A stretch of DNA of 64,000 nucleotides, taken from contig OZ240241.1 of the NCBI GenBank assembly GCA_965198115.1, positions 1,824,001 to 1,888,000 of the forward strand, written 5' to 3'. The notes beneath the pieces were generated by a model. The model worked only from the letters and a program-made list of their open reading frames with translations, had not been told where the DNA came from and ran no database searches. Below, piece by piece: positions 21,905 to 31,969 of this stretch. The position numbers were made by a program, and so were the translations under genes. Source of the stretch: Candidatus Latescibacterota bacterium (lineage in GTDB: Bacteria > Latescibacterota > UBA2968). Each line of letters begins with the position of its first letter. Within the stretch, counting starts at the first letter, position 1.

Positions 21905-22642
21905 TCAACCATTCAAGCGCTTGAAGAGGAACCACGGTACCAGCTGGTAGACGGTCATCACGATCCACCACCACCAGGGTACGTAGCGAACACCCGTGTC
22001 GCTGCCCAGATTCGACACGACCTTCCGGGCCGCAACGTCGGGATCCATCTTCGGAAGGGGAAGCGCTCTGCCAAACGTCATGCGCGTGTCGAGGTAGCCC
22101 GCTCGATAGAACTGAACGGCGCAGGGGTAAGGGCTCAGGTAGTGTCTGAGGGCGCCGAAGTAGCTCTCGAACCCGCGCTTCGCCGATCCGTAGATCGAGT
22201 TCATACGGCGTGGCCGGTCGGCCGCGGCCGACCCGATCCCCACCAAATTGGCTCCCTCCCGCTCTCGAAGGTCCTCCAGGAACGCATTCACGATCCTGAC
22301 CCCGCTCGTGTAGTTGACACTCGCGACCGCTTCCGCGAAATCGTCGGCTACGGGACCCGAATCGTAGTCGGGACGACCGTAGCCCGCTACGTAGAACAGG
22401 TTATCGAGGCCCGAATCGAAGAGTTCGACGACCCGCGCTTTGAGCACGTCCACATCGGGCTTCCGCAGGTCGACTTCCAGGTAACCGACTGTGACGTCGA
22501 ACCTCAGGGCGAGGTCCCGGGCCAGCGGCTCGAGATCCCGTGCGTCGGAAGAGACGAGAAAGACGCCGTGGCCCGACGCGGCCAGCCGAGTCGCGATCGC
22601 CCTGCCCAAGCCGGAAGAGCCGCCCACGACGAGGGACGTCAA
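21905..22642 (-). CDS. DprE2-like SDR (prenylphospho-ketopentose reductase)
   Basis: GGSSGLG, GSAAADRPRRMNSIYGSAK, GYLDTRMT. Translationally coupled to the DprE1-like gene. Confidence 0.75.
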   Translation of the reverse strand: MTSLVVGGSSGLGRAIATRLAASGHGVFLVSSDARDLEPLARDLALRFDVTVGYLEVDLRKPDVDVLKARVVELFDSGLDNLFYVAGYGRPDYDSGPVADDFAEAVASVNYTSGVRIVNAFLEDLREREGANLVGIGSAAADRPRRMNSIYGSAKRGFESYFGALRHYLSPYPCAVQFYRAGYLDTRMTFGRALPLPKMDPDVAARKVVSNLGSDTGVRYVPWWWWIVMTVYQLVPWFLFKRLNG

Positions 22643-23946
22643 ATAGCCAGCCTCTGAGAAAGCTCCGACGCGAACCTTCTGCGCGGGTCGTAAGACCGGA
22701 TGCCGTCCCTGAATCTTTCATACTCCAGATACTGCCTTCGGACGACATCGGCCGACAGATACCCGTTGCGCGTCACGTTCGATATGCATCCGTAATCCGT
22801 GGCGAACGCGTCGAACGCCTGCAGCGCATCCCGGCGGGCTTCGGTATTCGGCACATCGAAGTAAAGGCTGCACCCCTCGCCGTCGAACCTCAGGTATTCG
22901 TTCGTCCCCTTGAACAGCTTGAGCGCCGCAAGGACGGGTCGGAGACTGAACCGTCTCAGGAAAACCTCCAGATCCCGCAGGAAATCCTCGACAGCACACG
23001 TGGGTACGAGGATCTGGTTGCAGACGAAGCCGCGGCGGCCGTACAGGCCGAAGTAGAACCCCTTGTTGTGAAACGGAAACAGCGCGTCATACAGAGGGAC
23101 TTTCGCGTCGGCGTTCTGCCATCGCTCTTTCAGGTAGTAGGCCCGGTTGATCCACGGCGTCGACCGTGGCCCGAACACCGAAAAGCGCGGCGTTCGAGTC
23201 GGATCCAGCTCCTTGTATCTGGGCACGGGCCGTTCGACCCACTCATCCTGGATGTCCCCGACGATCACGAAGCCGCGCCCGAGCTTCGACGGGTTCGAAA
23301 GATCCGTCCAACTCATGAGGACGTCGTGTTGTGCGCACGCTTCCTCCAGGATGACCGCGGCGTCGTGCATCGACCCCGTCGGAATGAGCGTCTTTCTTAC
23401 GACGTTGCCCTTCAGATCGTCCACGCGAATGCGCGCACTCACCACTACCCCCGTCAACCCGAGCCCTCCACAGGTCAGGTCGAACACCTCGGTGTTCTCT
23501 GAGGGTGAGCAGGACAGAAGGCCTTTGTCGGGGTGATACAGGCGTATCGACTGAACGAGTCCGGAAAAGGTGCCGTCACGGTAGGGATTCTTTCCGTGGA
23601 CGTCGGTCGCGATCAGCGACCCCAGTCTGATTCCGGGCCAACCCGGCTGAACAGACAGGTAGAAGCCACGAGGCGTCAGAAACGCGTAAAGCTGCCGAAG
23701 TGAGATGCCGGCTTCGACTTCGATCCAGCGCTCTTCGGGGCAGAAGGCCAGAATCCGATCGAAGCGCGTGAGCGATACCGACCTGACCCCGGGCCCGAAA
23801 CTCGCGGCGACGTAATTGACACCCTCACCCCGCGGGATCGACGCGCTGCTATCTACGGCTGCAAAGAGGTCACGATAGCGATCGGGGCAGTCGTACTCGG
23901 ACGCCAGGCCGCACGTACGCTCCAGGCTGTGGAACGTCATTCGCAC
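22639..23946 (-). CDS. DprE1-like FAD-binding oxidoreductase
   Basis: IATDVHGKN, TCGGLGLTGVV, YGRRGF, LAALKLF, C-terminal FASELSQRLAI. Confidence 0.8.
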   Translation of the reverse strand: MRMTFHSLERTCGLASEYDCPDRYRDLFAAVDSSASIPRGEGVNYVAASFGPGVRSVSLTRFDRILAFCPEERWIEVEAGISLRQLYAFLTPRGFYLSVQPGWPGIRLGSLIATDVHGKNPYRDGTFSGLVQSIRLYHPDKGLLSCSPSENTEVFDLTCGGLGLTGVVVSARIRVDDLKGNVVRKTLIPTGSMHDAAVILEEACAQHDVLMSWTDLSNPSKLGRGFVIVGDIQDEWVERPVPRYKELDPTRTPRFSVFGPRSTPWINRAYYLKERWQNADAKVPLYDALFPFHNKGFYFGLYGRRGFVCNQILVPTCAVEDFLRDLEVFLRRFSLRPVLAALKLFKGTNEYLRFDGEGCSLYFDVPNTEARRDALQAFDAFATDYGCISNVTRNGYLSADVVRRQYLEYERFRDGIRSYDPRRRFASELSQRLAI

Positions 23947-23949
23947 GAT

Positions 23950-24647
23950 TCAACCCGATTTGCGCATCACGACCACCGTGTAGGTATAGGCATCGAGCCA
24001 GACACCGCCACAGTACTCGAGTTGGAATCCGGCGCGTGCGCAGAAGCCCTCGGTCTTTTCCCGGCTTTGGTACAGATTGATCTCGTCCGGGTAGAGCTGG
24101 ATGGGCCCGCGGTTCACGAAACCCAGACACTTCTCGATCAGCACGGCAACGGCCTTGTACCATCCGATCAGCGGCGGCCAGAACAGAATCAGGCAACACC
24201 CTTCTTCAGAACGCGGCTGAACTCGGTCAGGATTCGATCGATTTCGCCATCGGTGAAGTGCTCGATCACGCCGAGATTCCAGATGCCGTCGACGGAATCG
24301 TCCGGGAAAGGGAGCACGAAGATGTCGCTCTGGATGCCCCCGTCCATGACCGGAACCTGCCGGGCGTGGCTCAAGGCCTCGTAGACCACGTCGAGACTGT
24401 AAAGGCGGCGACTGCGTTTATAGATCCCGCTGCTCGACTGCGAGGAACCCGACCCGGCCTCTACAAAGATCCCTTGGTCCGGGAAGTACCGCTCTACGAA
24501 GTGCCGAACAGACCTTGCGATCAGACGGGTTCGAATAATGTAAAGGAGCTTCTGGATGAACCCACTTTCAAAGTGGGAGTTCCAGAACCGTTCCCAGCTC
24601 TCCTGCGAACTTGGGATGCCGCTTTGATCCGTGGCGACGTCGCTCAT
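23950..24647 (-). pseudogene. Class I SAM methyltransferase, frameshifted near 24198
   Basis: VEAGSGS and WNLGVIEHF, then RVLKKG. The continuation CLILFWPPLIGWYKAVAVLIEK is in another frame. Confidence 0.75.
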
Positions 24648-24716
24648 GTTGCCTGCAAACGCCGTGTCAGATCTGCTCGTGGTTCATCGCCGTTCGCGGG
24701 AGCAGTAGGAGATGGA

Positions 24717-26322
24717 TCATCGGGCCACATCCACGTCGGTCGTCCCACGCTTCGTCGTCTTCTTCTGGACGAGATCCTGCAGGCGGTGCTCGAATACCGT
24801 GGCGGACTGGTTCTTGGCACCCAGAAGCGTGCGGATCGTGCGTAGGATCCGGGATGGGTAGAGCGCGTAGCCCACGGCGTAGTTCAGGAGAATGAACACG
24901 CTTCGCACCAGGCCCAGAAGGCGTGCGTTTATGTTGCTGTTGAACGAAATCACATCCGTCGTGACGTAAGCCCCGTTGAGCGACGTGAGGTTCAGGAAAT
25001 ACGCGTCATTCAGCTCGACCCTGTTCTCTGCGCAGAGGTCGTTGAAGATCTCCGTACCCGGGTAGGGCGAGAAGATATAGAGCGGTACGTCGTCGACCCC
25101 TTGCGCGGACATCTTCAGTCCGAACCAGAGGGTCTGTGCGACATCCCACCACGTTTCGCTCGGAAACCCGATGATCAGATTCGTTCTGAGCGTGAGTCCC
25201 TGTCGCTTGGCCTCGAGTATCGACTCCACGAACTTGGGCAGGTGGATCAGCTTCTTGATCTTCTGGAGCGTCCGCTCTGATCCGCTCTCAGGAGCGTAGA
25301 CCAAATACTCACATCCGGTCTCCCTCAGCAGGCTCAGAATCTCCTCGTCCAGGACCTCGCTTCGCGTACCCGTGGGCAGGGACCATGAAAGGGCGAACTG
25401 CTCCTTCTGGAGTCGCTGGAGAAACTCGAGAGCCCACTTCCTGTTGACGATGGCCGTGAGGTCATACAGCTACAGGCTCGTGATGTCGTAGCGGTCGATA
25501 TAGCACTTGATCTCGGCAATCACATCGTCGATGTCTCGAAGCCGGTAGGTCGTCCCATACATGAAAGGATTGGAGCAGAACGTGCATTCGTAGGGACAAC
25601 CCCGAGACACCAGGAAGGGCATGTCCCTTCCGGTCGAGATCCCGAGCGCTTTCCCGACCTCCCAGAACTTTTCCAGATGCCCTTCCGGCCAATGCGGCCA
25701 GGGGATCTCGTCGATCTCCCGAATGCGGGGCGTATCGGTGGGAGACTCTCCCTTCCTGACGAGGGGACGTGGCGGCTGCTGGTATTCACCGTTCGCTCCC
25801 AGGTAGCCCGTTCCGTAAATGCCCTCGTAGGATCGCGTGTTGCCGTAGGTCTCCAAGACCTCGAGGAACGTGGACTCCCCTTCGCCGAGCACGCACACGT
25901 CCAATGCCGGACAGTCCTTCAGGCTGTACTCCGTAAGGGCGGTAACGTGCTCGCCACCGGCCACCAGAAGGGCATCGGGAAACCGTGACTTGACGAGCGT
26001 GATCAGATCCCGCAGAACCGGCCACTCGCCCGAAAACATGCCCGAAAACCCGATGACGTCCGCATCAGAGGGGATTCGGTCGATGATCTTGTCGAACGTA
26101 AGACCGTGGCAGCTGTAGCCTGGGTAGTCCCCCAGCGGCCACACATGGTTCAACGCCTCGCCGATCCCATCCACGATCACTGGATTGTAGCCGAACTTCC
26201 GGATGTAGCCAGCCAGGTAGGCAAAACCGATCGCCGGCGTGGCCGTTGTTGATCGCTTTGTCGACGAAGACGATCGGCCCTCTGACAAGGGCGACGCGAA
26301 GCTTCACATCTGCGACGGACAT
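24717..26322 (-). pseudogene. Cobalamin-binding radical SAM enzyme with a frameshift (~26245) and an in-frame TAG (25470)
   Basis: PAIGFAYLAG, GGEHVT, GEGE, SRGCPYECTFC, APESGSERTL, IIGFPSET, SPYPGT. The frame is continuous across the TAG. Confidence 0.88.
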
Positions 26323-26382
26323 GCTGAACTCCAGAGTTTTAGTAGGGCCTTGCAGCGTTGAGGCCAGGCCCCTCCTTCGTCG

Positions 26383-27249
26383 TTACGACCGGTTCACAAG
26401 CACAAACGACAGACACTCTGCATTGCTGCTGGAGACTCTAGCCCACTGAAAACCCACCTCATCGAACATCTGACGATATTCCCGAGTCCTGTAGTAGTGA
26501 TCGCCCTTGAGCGGGTCTGTCTCATGCGGTAGAGGAAAAGTCTCGGGAGAGAAAGCTCTACCAAACAGCCCGATTTGCGCGGAACGAGGGAACATCCCCA
26601 CAAAGCGCTTTACAACATGACGCACGTAGGTACGCGCAAGACGGACTCGATGTTCCCCAATGATCACGGCACATCCACCGGGTCTGAGCACTCTTTTGAG
26701 CTCTCGAAGCAGTTCCAAAGGTCTGTCTGCGTGATGAAAAGCTTGGGACATGAGGACAAAGCCTGCCTCATTGTCACGGAGTCTCAGTCTATAGAAACTC
26801 CCCATAGCAAGAACAACCTTGGACAAGTCAACACCGTAGTGCCTCAAGACCAAAGTGCCGACTTTCAGCAACCTATGCCGCGAATACTCAACACAGTAAA
26901 GCTTGGTGATTCCGTGCAACTTCAAGAGAACTGGAACCGCCCAACATGTGCCACACGCCAGATCAAGGGCGATTCCCGTGGGATGTTTGTGGAATCTGCT
27001 TTCGAGTTCCTCGAGGGACCTCCTAAGATCTTCTGCTAATCCCGTTCTAAGAACGTGGTTCTCCATTGCTTGGAAGCCTCTGTTTGCCACGTCCCAATCC
27101 TTCTCCCTCTCGGCTTCCTCGTCATTCCAGTAGTCACGATATGCCTCCTCTTTGTGCAGATCAACGTCGTCGAACCAGTTCTCGAGGAGGATATCTCGAG
27201 TGCCTTCGTCCGCCGTCTGTTCGGCATTTATTGGTGATTGCTCTTCCAT
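26383..27249 (-). CDS. Class I SAM-dependent methyltransferase
   Basis: ALDLACGT, AFHHAD, RVLRPGG. More AT-rich than its neighbours. Confidence 0.85.
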   Translation of the reverse strand: MEEQSPINAEQTADEGTRDILLENWFDDVDLHKEEAYRDYWNDEEAEREKDWDVANRGFQAMENHVLRTGLAEDLRRSLEELESRFHKHPTGIALDLACGTCWAVPVLLKLHGITKLYCVEYSRHRLLKVGTLVLRHYGVDLSKVVLAMGSFYRLRLRDNEAGFVLMSQAFHHADRPLELLRELKRVLRPGGCAVIIGEHRVRLARTYVRHVVKRFVGMFPRSAQIGLFGRAFSPETFPLPHETDPLKGDHYYRTREYRQMFDEVGFQWARVSSSNAECLSFVLVNRS

Positions 27250-27463
27250 CAGCTTTCAGTCGCACTTTCCCGCGTAGATGCTAAGAATCGCCTCGACCTT
27301 CGAGTTCCGTCACGCCCTGAGCCATGTCCGATCACATCTCAGTTCTCGTATAGCCGATCAGACCGCAAACTCTCTCATCATCAATGGCGTCAGTGAACAT
27401 AGCAGCGCTACGAGCTGATCGGATAACACACAATCCGGATGCATTACCCGAAGTGCGTCACAC

Positions 27464-28531
27464 CTATGGTCCGATTCGACAGATTCTTCGCCGCAACCGG
27501 CTCAGGACGATACGGAAAAGCGACTTGTCTTCTACTTCCTTCTTCAGAAACTTGATCGTTTCACCCAGAATCCGTCCGGCTGCCTCCGGGCTCAGGCCAC
27601 GATACGGTTCGACATCGCCCGCGTCAGGAAACAACTCGCTCTCCCCGAAGTAGAGTTCAGCGACCTTGGAGTTCGACGCCGCATACCGTTCAAGCAACGC
27701 CCGACGTCCGGAAGCATCCAGAAACGCGTGCGTTTGGAAAGGCTGTCGAGCGGACACCGACTGCAGAACGGTTCGCAGCCACTGCTTCTCCCGAGGCGTA
27801 AGCGACTTACCCGCGTGAATCGCCATCTCCAACGCATCGCGGGTGTATCCAGCGTTTGGCGTCCGCTCTTGACAGGTCGCAAGGGCGTCCGTCCCGATGA
27901 TTTCCGCGAAGTCGTCCAGCAGACTCCGTGTCTCTGGAAGATACCGGCCATCGTATCTTCTGGGCGAAATATATTGCCTCCCGAACACGTCCTCGTAGGC
28001 CTCGAGGAGTCTGCTCCAATCGAACGCCGTATCGTCAAAGGAGGCTGCGAAAGCGTCAAAACTGCACGAGGCGCCCGTGTGGATCGTCTGCGTATATAGA
28101 GATTCCAGGAACTGGTCCTGACGCCTGAGATAGACGATCGGCCAAACCGTGAACCCGCAAGAGATCTCCCTTACGCTTCGCGCGACGATCGATGCGTTAT
28201 CGTAGCCTGTATTCGGGTCCCCGGAAAACCCCTCGTGGCTAAGCACGAATCGAAATACACCCTTGGCCTGATGTTTCCTCGCTTGGCGCTTTACTTGACA
28301 AGCGAGACGACCAATAAGCTCCTCATCTCGCTCCCGACATCTCATGAGCGTCTGCACATCTGACGAGGGTAACCACAGGCCTGCCAGTCCCTCGCTCAGA
28401 AGCTGCTTCTCGCTCACCTTCAGCCAGCGTTGGATGGCGGTGGATCCTGTCTTGTGCGTGCCGATGTGCACGCTGAGCCTCGGTCTTTCTCCTTCGTTCT
28501 GCCCGTCACCCAAAGCGCTGACCTGGCCCAT
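27464..28531 (-). CDS. Sulfotransferase-like P-loop protein (intact copy)
   Basis: VHIGTHKTGSTAIQ, VLSHEGF, IVYLRRQD. Confidence 0.75.
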   Translation of the reverse strand: MGQVSALGDGQNEGERPRLSVHIGTHKTGSTAIQRWLKVSEKQLLSEGLAGLWLPSSDVQTLMRCRERDEELIGRLACQVKRQARKHQAKGVFRFVLSHEGFSGDPNTGYDNASIVARSVREISCGFTVWPIVYLRRQDQFLESLYTQTIHTGASCSFDAFAASFDDTAFDWSRLLEAYEDVFGRQYISPRRYDGRYLPETRSLLDDFAEIIGTDALATCQERTPNAGYTRDALEMAIHAGKSLTPREKQWLRTVLQSVSARQPFQTHAFLDASGRRALLERYAASNSKVAELYFGESELFPDAGDVEPYRGLSPEAAGRILGETIKFLKKEVEDKSLFRIVLSRLRRRICRIGP

Positions 28532-29055
28532 AGAGTCAGATTAGGACTTCGAGCCTAGGATGACGCGGGTCACTCGCGTGATCCCCTTGTGGATGTCCGC
28601 TCGGCTGGTCAAGAAGACGCCTGGCAGCGCGTAGACCACCACCGAGCATACTGTAACATGCGCCAAGCCACACGCTACAAAAGACACCATCGGATGGCCG
28701 ATGAGATCCTCCAATAAAATGCTGACACAGGAAGCGCACAATCCGAATAAAACGATACATGACAATTGATGCCGAAGCAGGTGGGTAAAGCGCAGGTTCA
28801 AATAGCGGGTGCCATACCATAGGCGCACATTTGAGCCGCGACAACAGTCTTCAGCGCAAGTCCTGTTGCCCCCATAGTCAAGTCCGAACCACTCCGAAGG
28901 GCCAAGCAACCAGGCAGTCAAGGCAAGCCCAAACCCCATTTGAAGCAGGGCCAGATTCCTGTGCAGCCGAGTTTGCCCAGTGCCATAGTAAAGAGTTCCG
29001 AGCATCTGCGAGTACGATCGAAAGAGCGGATGAAGACACATGAGCGATACGGCCA

Positions 29056-30429
29056 GAGCTATAATCAAAAGGTGTGGAAAAAGAGAAAGGGCGACCCTAC
29101 CCTTCCCGTGAGATAGTTGATTCACACAAAACCGGGTGAGAGGCCCGGTTGGGAAGGAGGATCGCCGTGAAGGAACATACGCATAGAGCCCCATTGAAGT
29201 CCATGCCGACGTGGGAGACGGTTGACGATTGGATCCGTGAAGAGATCCAGGGCCGGTTCCAGTCCATTCTGGAGGAGGAGGCGACCGCGTTCTTGGGCCG
29301 GTCGTGGTATGAGCGCCGAGCCGAGGTCGATAGCTCCAGGGGCTACAGGAACGGCTACGGCAAGCCCCGGCGTCTCTCGACGAGCTGCGGAACGATCAAG
29401 GTCCGGCGTCCCCGGGTTCGTGGTCTGGAAGAGCGGTTTGAAAGCCGCATCCTCCCCCTGTTCGCCCGGAGAACCAGGGCCATTGGAGATCTGCTTCCCG
29501 ACCTTTATCTCCACGGTCTCTCCCAGGGCGACTTCGAGTTGTCTTTGCGTGCGCTGCTCGGTGATGGCGCGCCGCTTTCGCCGACCTCGATCGCTCGTCT
29601 TCGAGGGAAGTGGGAGGTCGACTTCCAGGACTGGAAAGAAAGGCGTCTGGATAATCGCGAACTGGTCTACGCCTGGGCTGATGGCATCTACGTCAAAGCC
29701 GGGCTCGAGCGCGAGAAGGCGTGTCTGCTGGTCGTGATCGGCGCGATGAGCGACGGCAGCAAGGAGATCCTGCCGATAGAACCCGGTTATCGAGAGTCTA
29801 CAGAATCCTGGCTCACGGTGCTCCGGGATCTCCGGGATCGCGGGCTCGAACATCCTGTCCTGATCGCCGCGGACGGGAATATGGGCATCTGGGCGGCCGT
29901 TGATCAGGTCTGGCCAGAGAGCCGGCAACAACGGTGCTGGAACCACAAGATCCTCAACGTGCTCGACAAGGTCGCCAAGCGTGCACAGGCTGAAGCCCGC
30001 GCACTGCTCGTCCAGATCCCCTATGCCGGCACGAAAAAGGAGGCCGAGAAGCTCCGGAAACGCTTTGCCGCACGGTATCGCTCACAGTTCCCTGCCGCCG
30101 TGGAGACGCTCGAAAGAGACTGGGATCGGATGGTCACGTTCTACGACTTCCCGAAGGAACACTGGAAACACCTGAGAACCACGAACGTCGTCGAGAGCCC
30201 CTTTGCTTCCGTTCGGCTTCGCACAAACGCCGCCAGGCGATTCAAGAAAGTCAGGAACGCCACGGCTCTCATCTGGCGTACGCTCAAGGTCGCAGAGAGC
30301 CGATTCAGGAAACTCACCGCGCCACACTTGCTACAACAAGTCTACGATCAGAAACACTCAACCGGACCGCAGGCCGAAGCCGGGAAGATGGCCGCCTGAT
30401 TTCTTTTACACACCTATTGACCTGAGCTC
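29056..30429 (+). mobile_element. IS256-family element
   Basis: Imperfect terminal inverted repeats gagctataatcaaaaggtgtg / cacacctattgacctgagctc enclose the transposase. No flanking duplication. Confidence 0.88.
29149..30399 (+). CDS. IS256-family transposase
   Basis: YRNGY..PRVR, YAWADGIY, IAADG..G, QRCWNHK, LRTTNVVES. Confidence 0.93.
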   Translation: MGRRIAVKEHTHRAPLKSMPTWETVDDWIREEIQGRFQSILEEEATAFLGRSWYERRAEVDSSRGYRNGYGKPRRLSTSCGTIKVRRPRVRGLEERFESRILPLFARRTRAIGDLLPDLYLHGLSQGDFELSLRALLGDGAPLSPTSIARLRGKWEVDFQDWKERRLDNRELVYAWADGIYVKAGLEREKACLLVVIGAMSDGSKEILPIEPGYRESTESWLTVLRDLRDRGLEHPVLIAADGNMGIWAAVDQVWPESRQQRCWNHKILNVLDKVAKRAQAEARALLVQIPYAGTKKEAEKLRKRFAARYRSQFPAAVETLERDWDRMVTFYDFPKEHWKHLRTTNVVESPFASVRLRTNAARRFKKVRNATALIWRTLKVAESRFRKLTAPHLLQQVYDQKHSTGPQAEAGKMAA

Positions 30430-30695
30430 TATGCTTGAGAGAATTCGCGCATGAGGAGCGGTACGATGGATAGTGAGAACAGCGAACTGAGTAAGCCGAC
30501 ATCTTGCGATAGCGCAAAACTCCCTGCTCGCTCGATCCGTGAAGTCTCTGTAGCAGCCACCGCTCCGCGACGGCGGAGACAAAGCCGGCTGTTGCATAAA
30601 CGACGAGTGGGGCAGAGTAGTCGTAGAACTCCTTCAGGTATCCCCTTACTGCGCATGTAAAGCCCGCGGTTGTCTGGACACTCGGGTGAGTGTAT

Positions 30696-31589
30696 TCAGG
30701 CGGCCTTTCGAGTTGCCGTGAGTGCGTTTCTAGCCTGTTCGGGCGTCTTGTAGCCGTGACGTTCGATGATCCACCTGTGGTTGTATCTGTCCCGAAACTC
30801 AAGGAGTGCGAGGCGCAGGTCTTCGATGGTACTGAAGTGTCTAACCCACAGGAGGTTTTCTTTGAGGGTACGGATGAACCGCTCGGCGCATCCGTTGCCT
30901 TCTGGCTCACGCACGAAACTCGGCGATGTTTGGACGCCGAGGAATGCGATCTCGTTCTGGAAGTCGTCAGAGACGTATTGTGACCCGTGATCGTGTCGGA
31001 GCTCCAGTCCTTCGGCGATGTTTTCTTCGAAGCCCCCGAAGTGTTCACGGATGCCCTGTCGGATCGGCTCGAGAGCCTCAAAGCGGTTGGCCGTCTTGGA
31101 GGCGTGAATGCCCACACACTCGCACGTGCAGTGGTCGATCGCGATAAACACGGAGGCTCTGCCCTCGTCGACCGTGGGCGTCACAGTCAGGTCGGTGCCC
31201 CACATCTGATCGGGCTTCTCGGTCGTAATCGTGCCATCGTGGGCTCGTCGTTCGCGACGCCGTCCTGGACGCGCCTGGAGCCCGTTTTCACGCATCAACC
31301 GGCGGACCCGATCCTTTGACGTCCGCATACCGTGAAAGCGAAGCCTGGCCCAGATCTTGCGGTATCCTTCGCCGTGGAAGGGTGACGCGTCGATCTCCTG
31401 CTGAATGAGGGAGACCAATTCCTCATCGGTACCCGCTCCGACCGGGCCTCGCTTCCGGGGTTGCCGAAGATCGGTTACGGATGAACGACGAAGCTGGCTG
31501 TGCACCGTGGAACGGGGTATCTGCAACACTTTGCACACGCGTTTAATGCTGTAGCGTCTCCCCGTGGAGGGCGAAAGGACCTCACTCAT
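30696..31589 (-). CDS. IS3-like OrfB DDE (rve) transposase
   Basis: GYRKIWARL, WGTDLT, RHDHGSQY, GNGCAERFIRTLKE. Confidence 0.92.
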   Translation of the reverse strand: MSEVLSPSTGRRYSIKRVCKVLQIPRSTVHSQLRRSSVTDLRQPRKRGPVGAGTDEELVSLIQQEIDASPFHGEGYRKIWARLRFHGMRTSKDRVRRLMRENGLQARPGRRRERRAHDGTITTEKPDQMWGTDLTVTPTVDEGRASVFIAIDHCTCECVGIHASKTANRFEALEPIRQGIREHFGGFEENIAEGLELRHDHGSQYVSDDFQNEIAFLGVQTSPSFVREPEGNGCAERFIRTLKENLLWVRHFSTIEDLRLALLEFRDRYNHRWIIERHGYKTPEQARNALTATRKAA

Positions 31590-31969
31590 TTCCGCGACCT
31601 CCGATGCGCCAAAGGGCGGCGGGCTTCCAGACGATCGATTCTTTGTTGCAGCAGCTCGTTGTCCATCGTGAGCTCGCCAATCTTCGCCTGGAGGTCCTTG
31701 ACCCTCTCGTCACGCTCGTCGCTCGGACGAGAGCGTAGTGCGGCCTGGGCGCCAGAGTGGAACTGATCGCGCCACTCGCTCAATTTAGCTGCCGTTACTC
31801 CCAGATCGCGAGAGACGCTGTCGAGGCTCTCGCCACGCATCACACGTAATACGGCTTCGGCCTTCTTCTTCACGGAGAAACGACCCTGCGAAGTCGCGCT
31901 TGGATCGGCTGGGCCTCCGCTCGCTCTCGCTCGCTCCGCCCCAACCGATCCCCTGGTAGCCTTGTTCAT
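31586..31969 (-). CDS. IS3-like OrfA (HTH + coiled coil)
   Basis: KKAEAVLRVMRGESL..VSRDLGV..LSEWRDQF, KIGELTMDNELL. ATGA overlap with OrfB. Confidence 0.88.
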   Translation of the reverse strand: MNKATRGSVGAERARASGGPADPSATSQGRFSVKKKAEAVLRVMRGESLDSVSRDLGVTAAKLSEWRDQFHSGAQAALRSRPSDERDERVKDLQAKIGELTMDNELLQQRIDRLEARRPLAHRRSRK

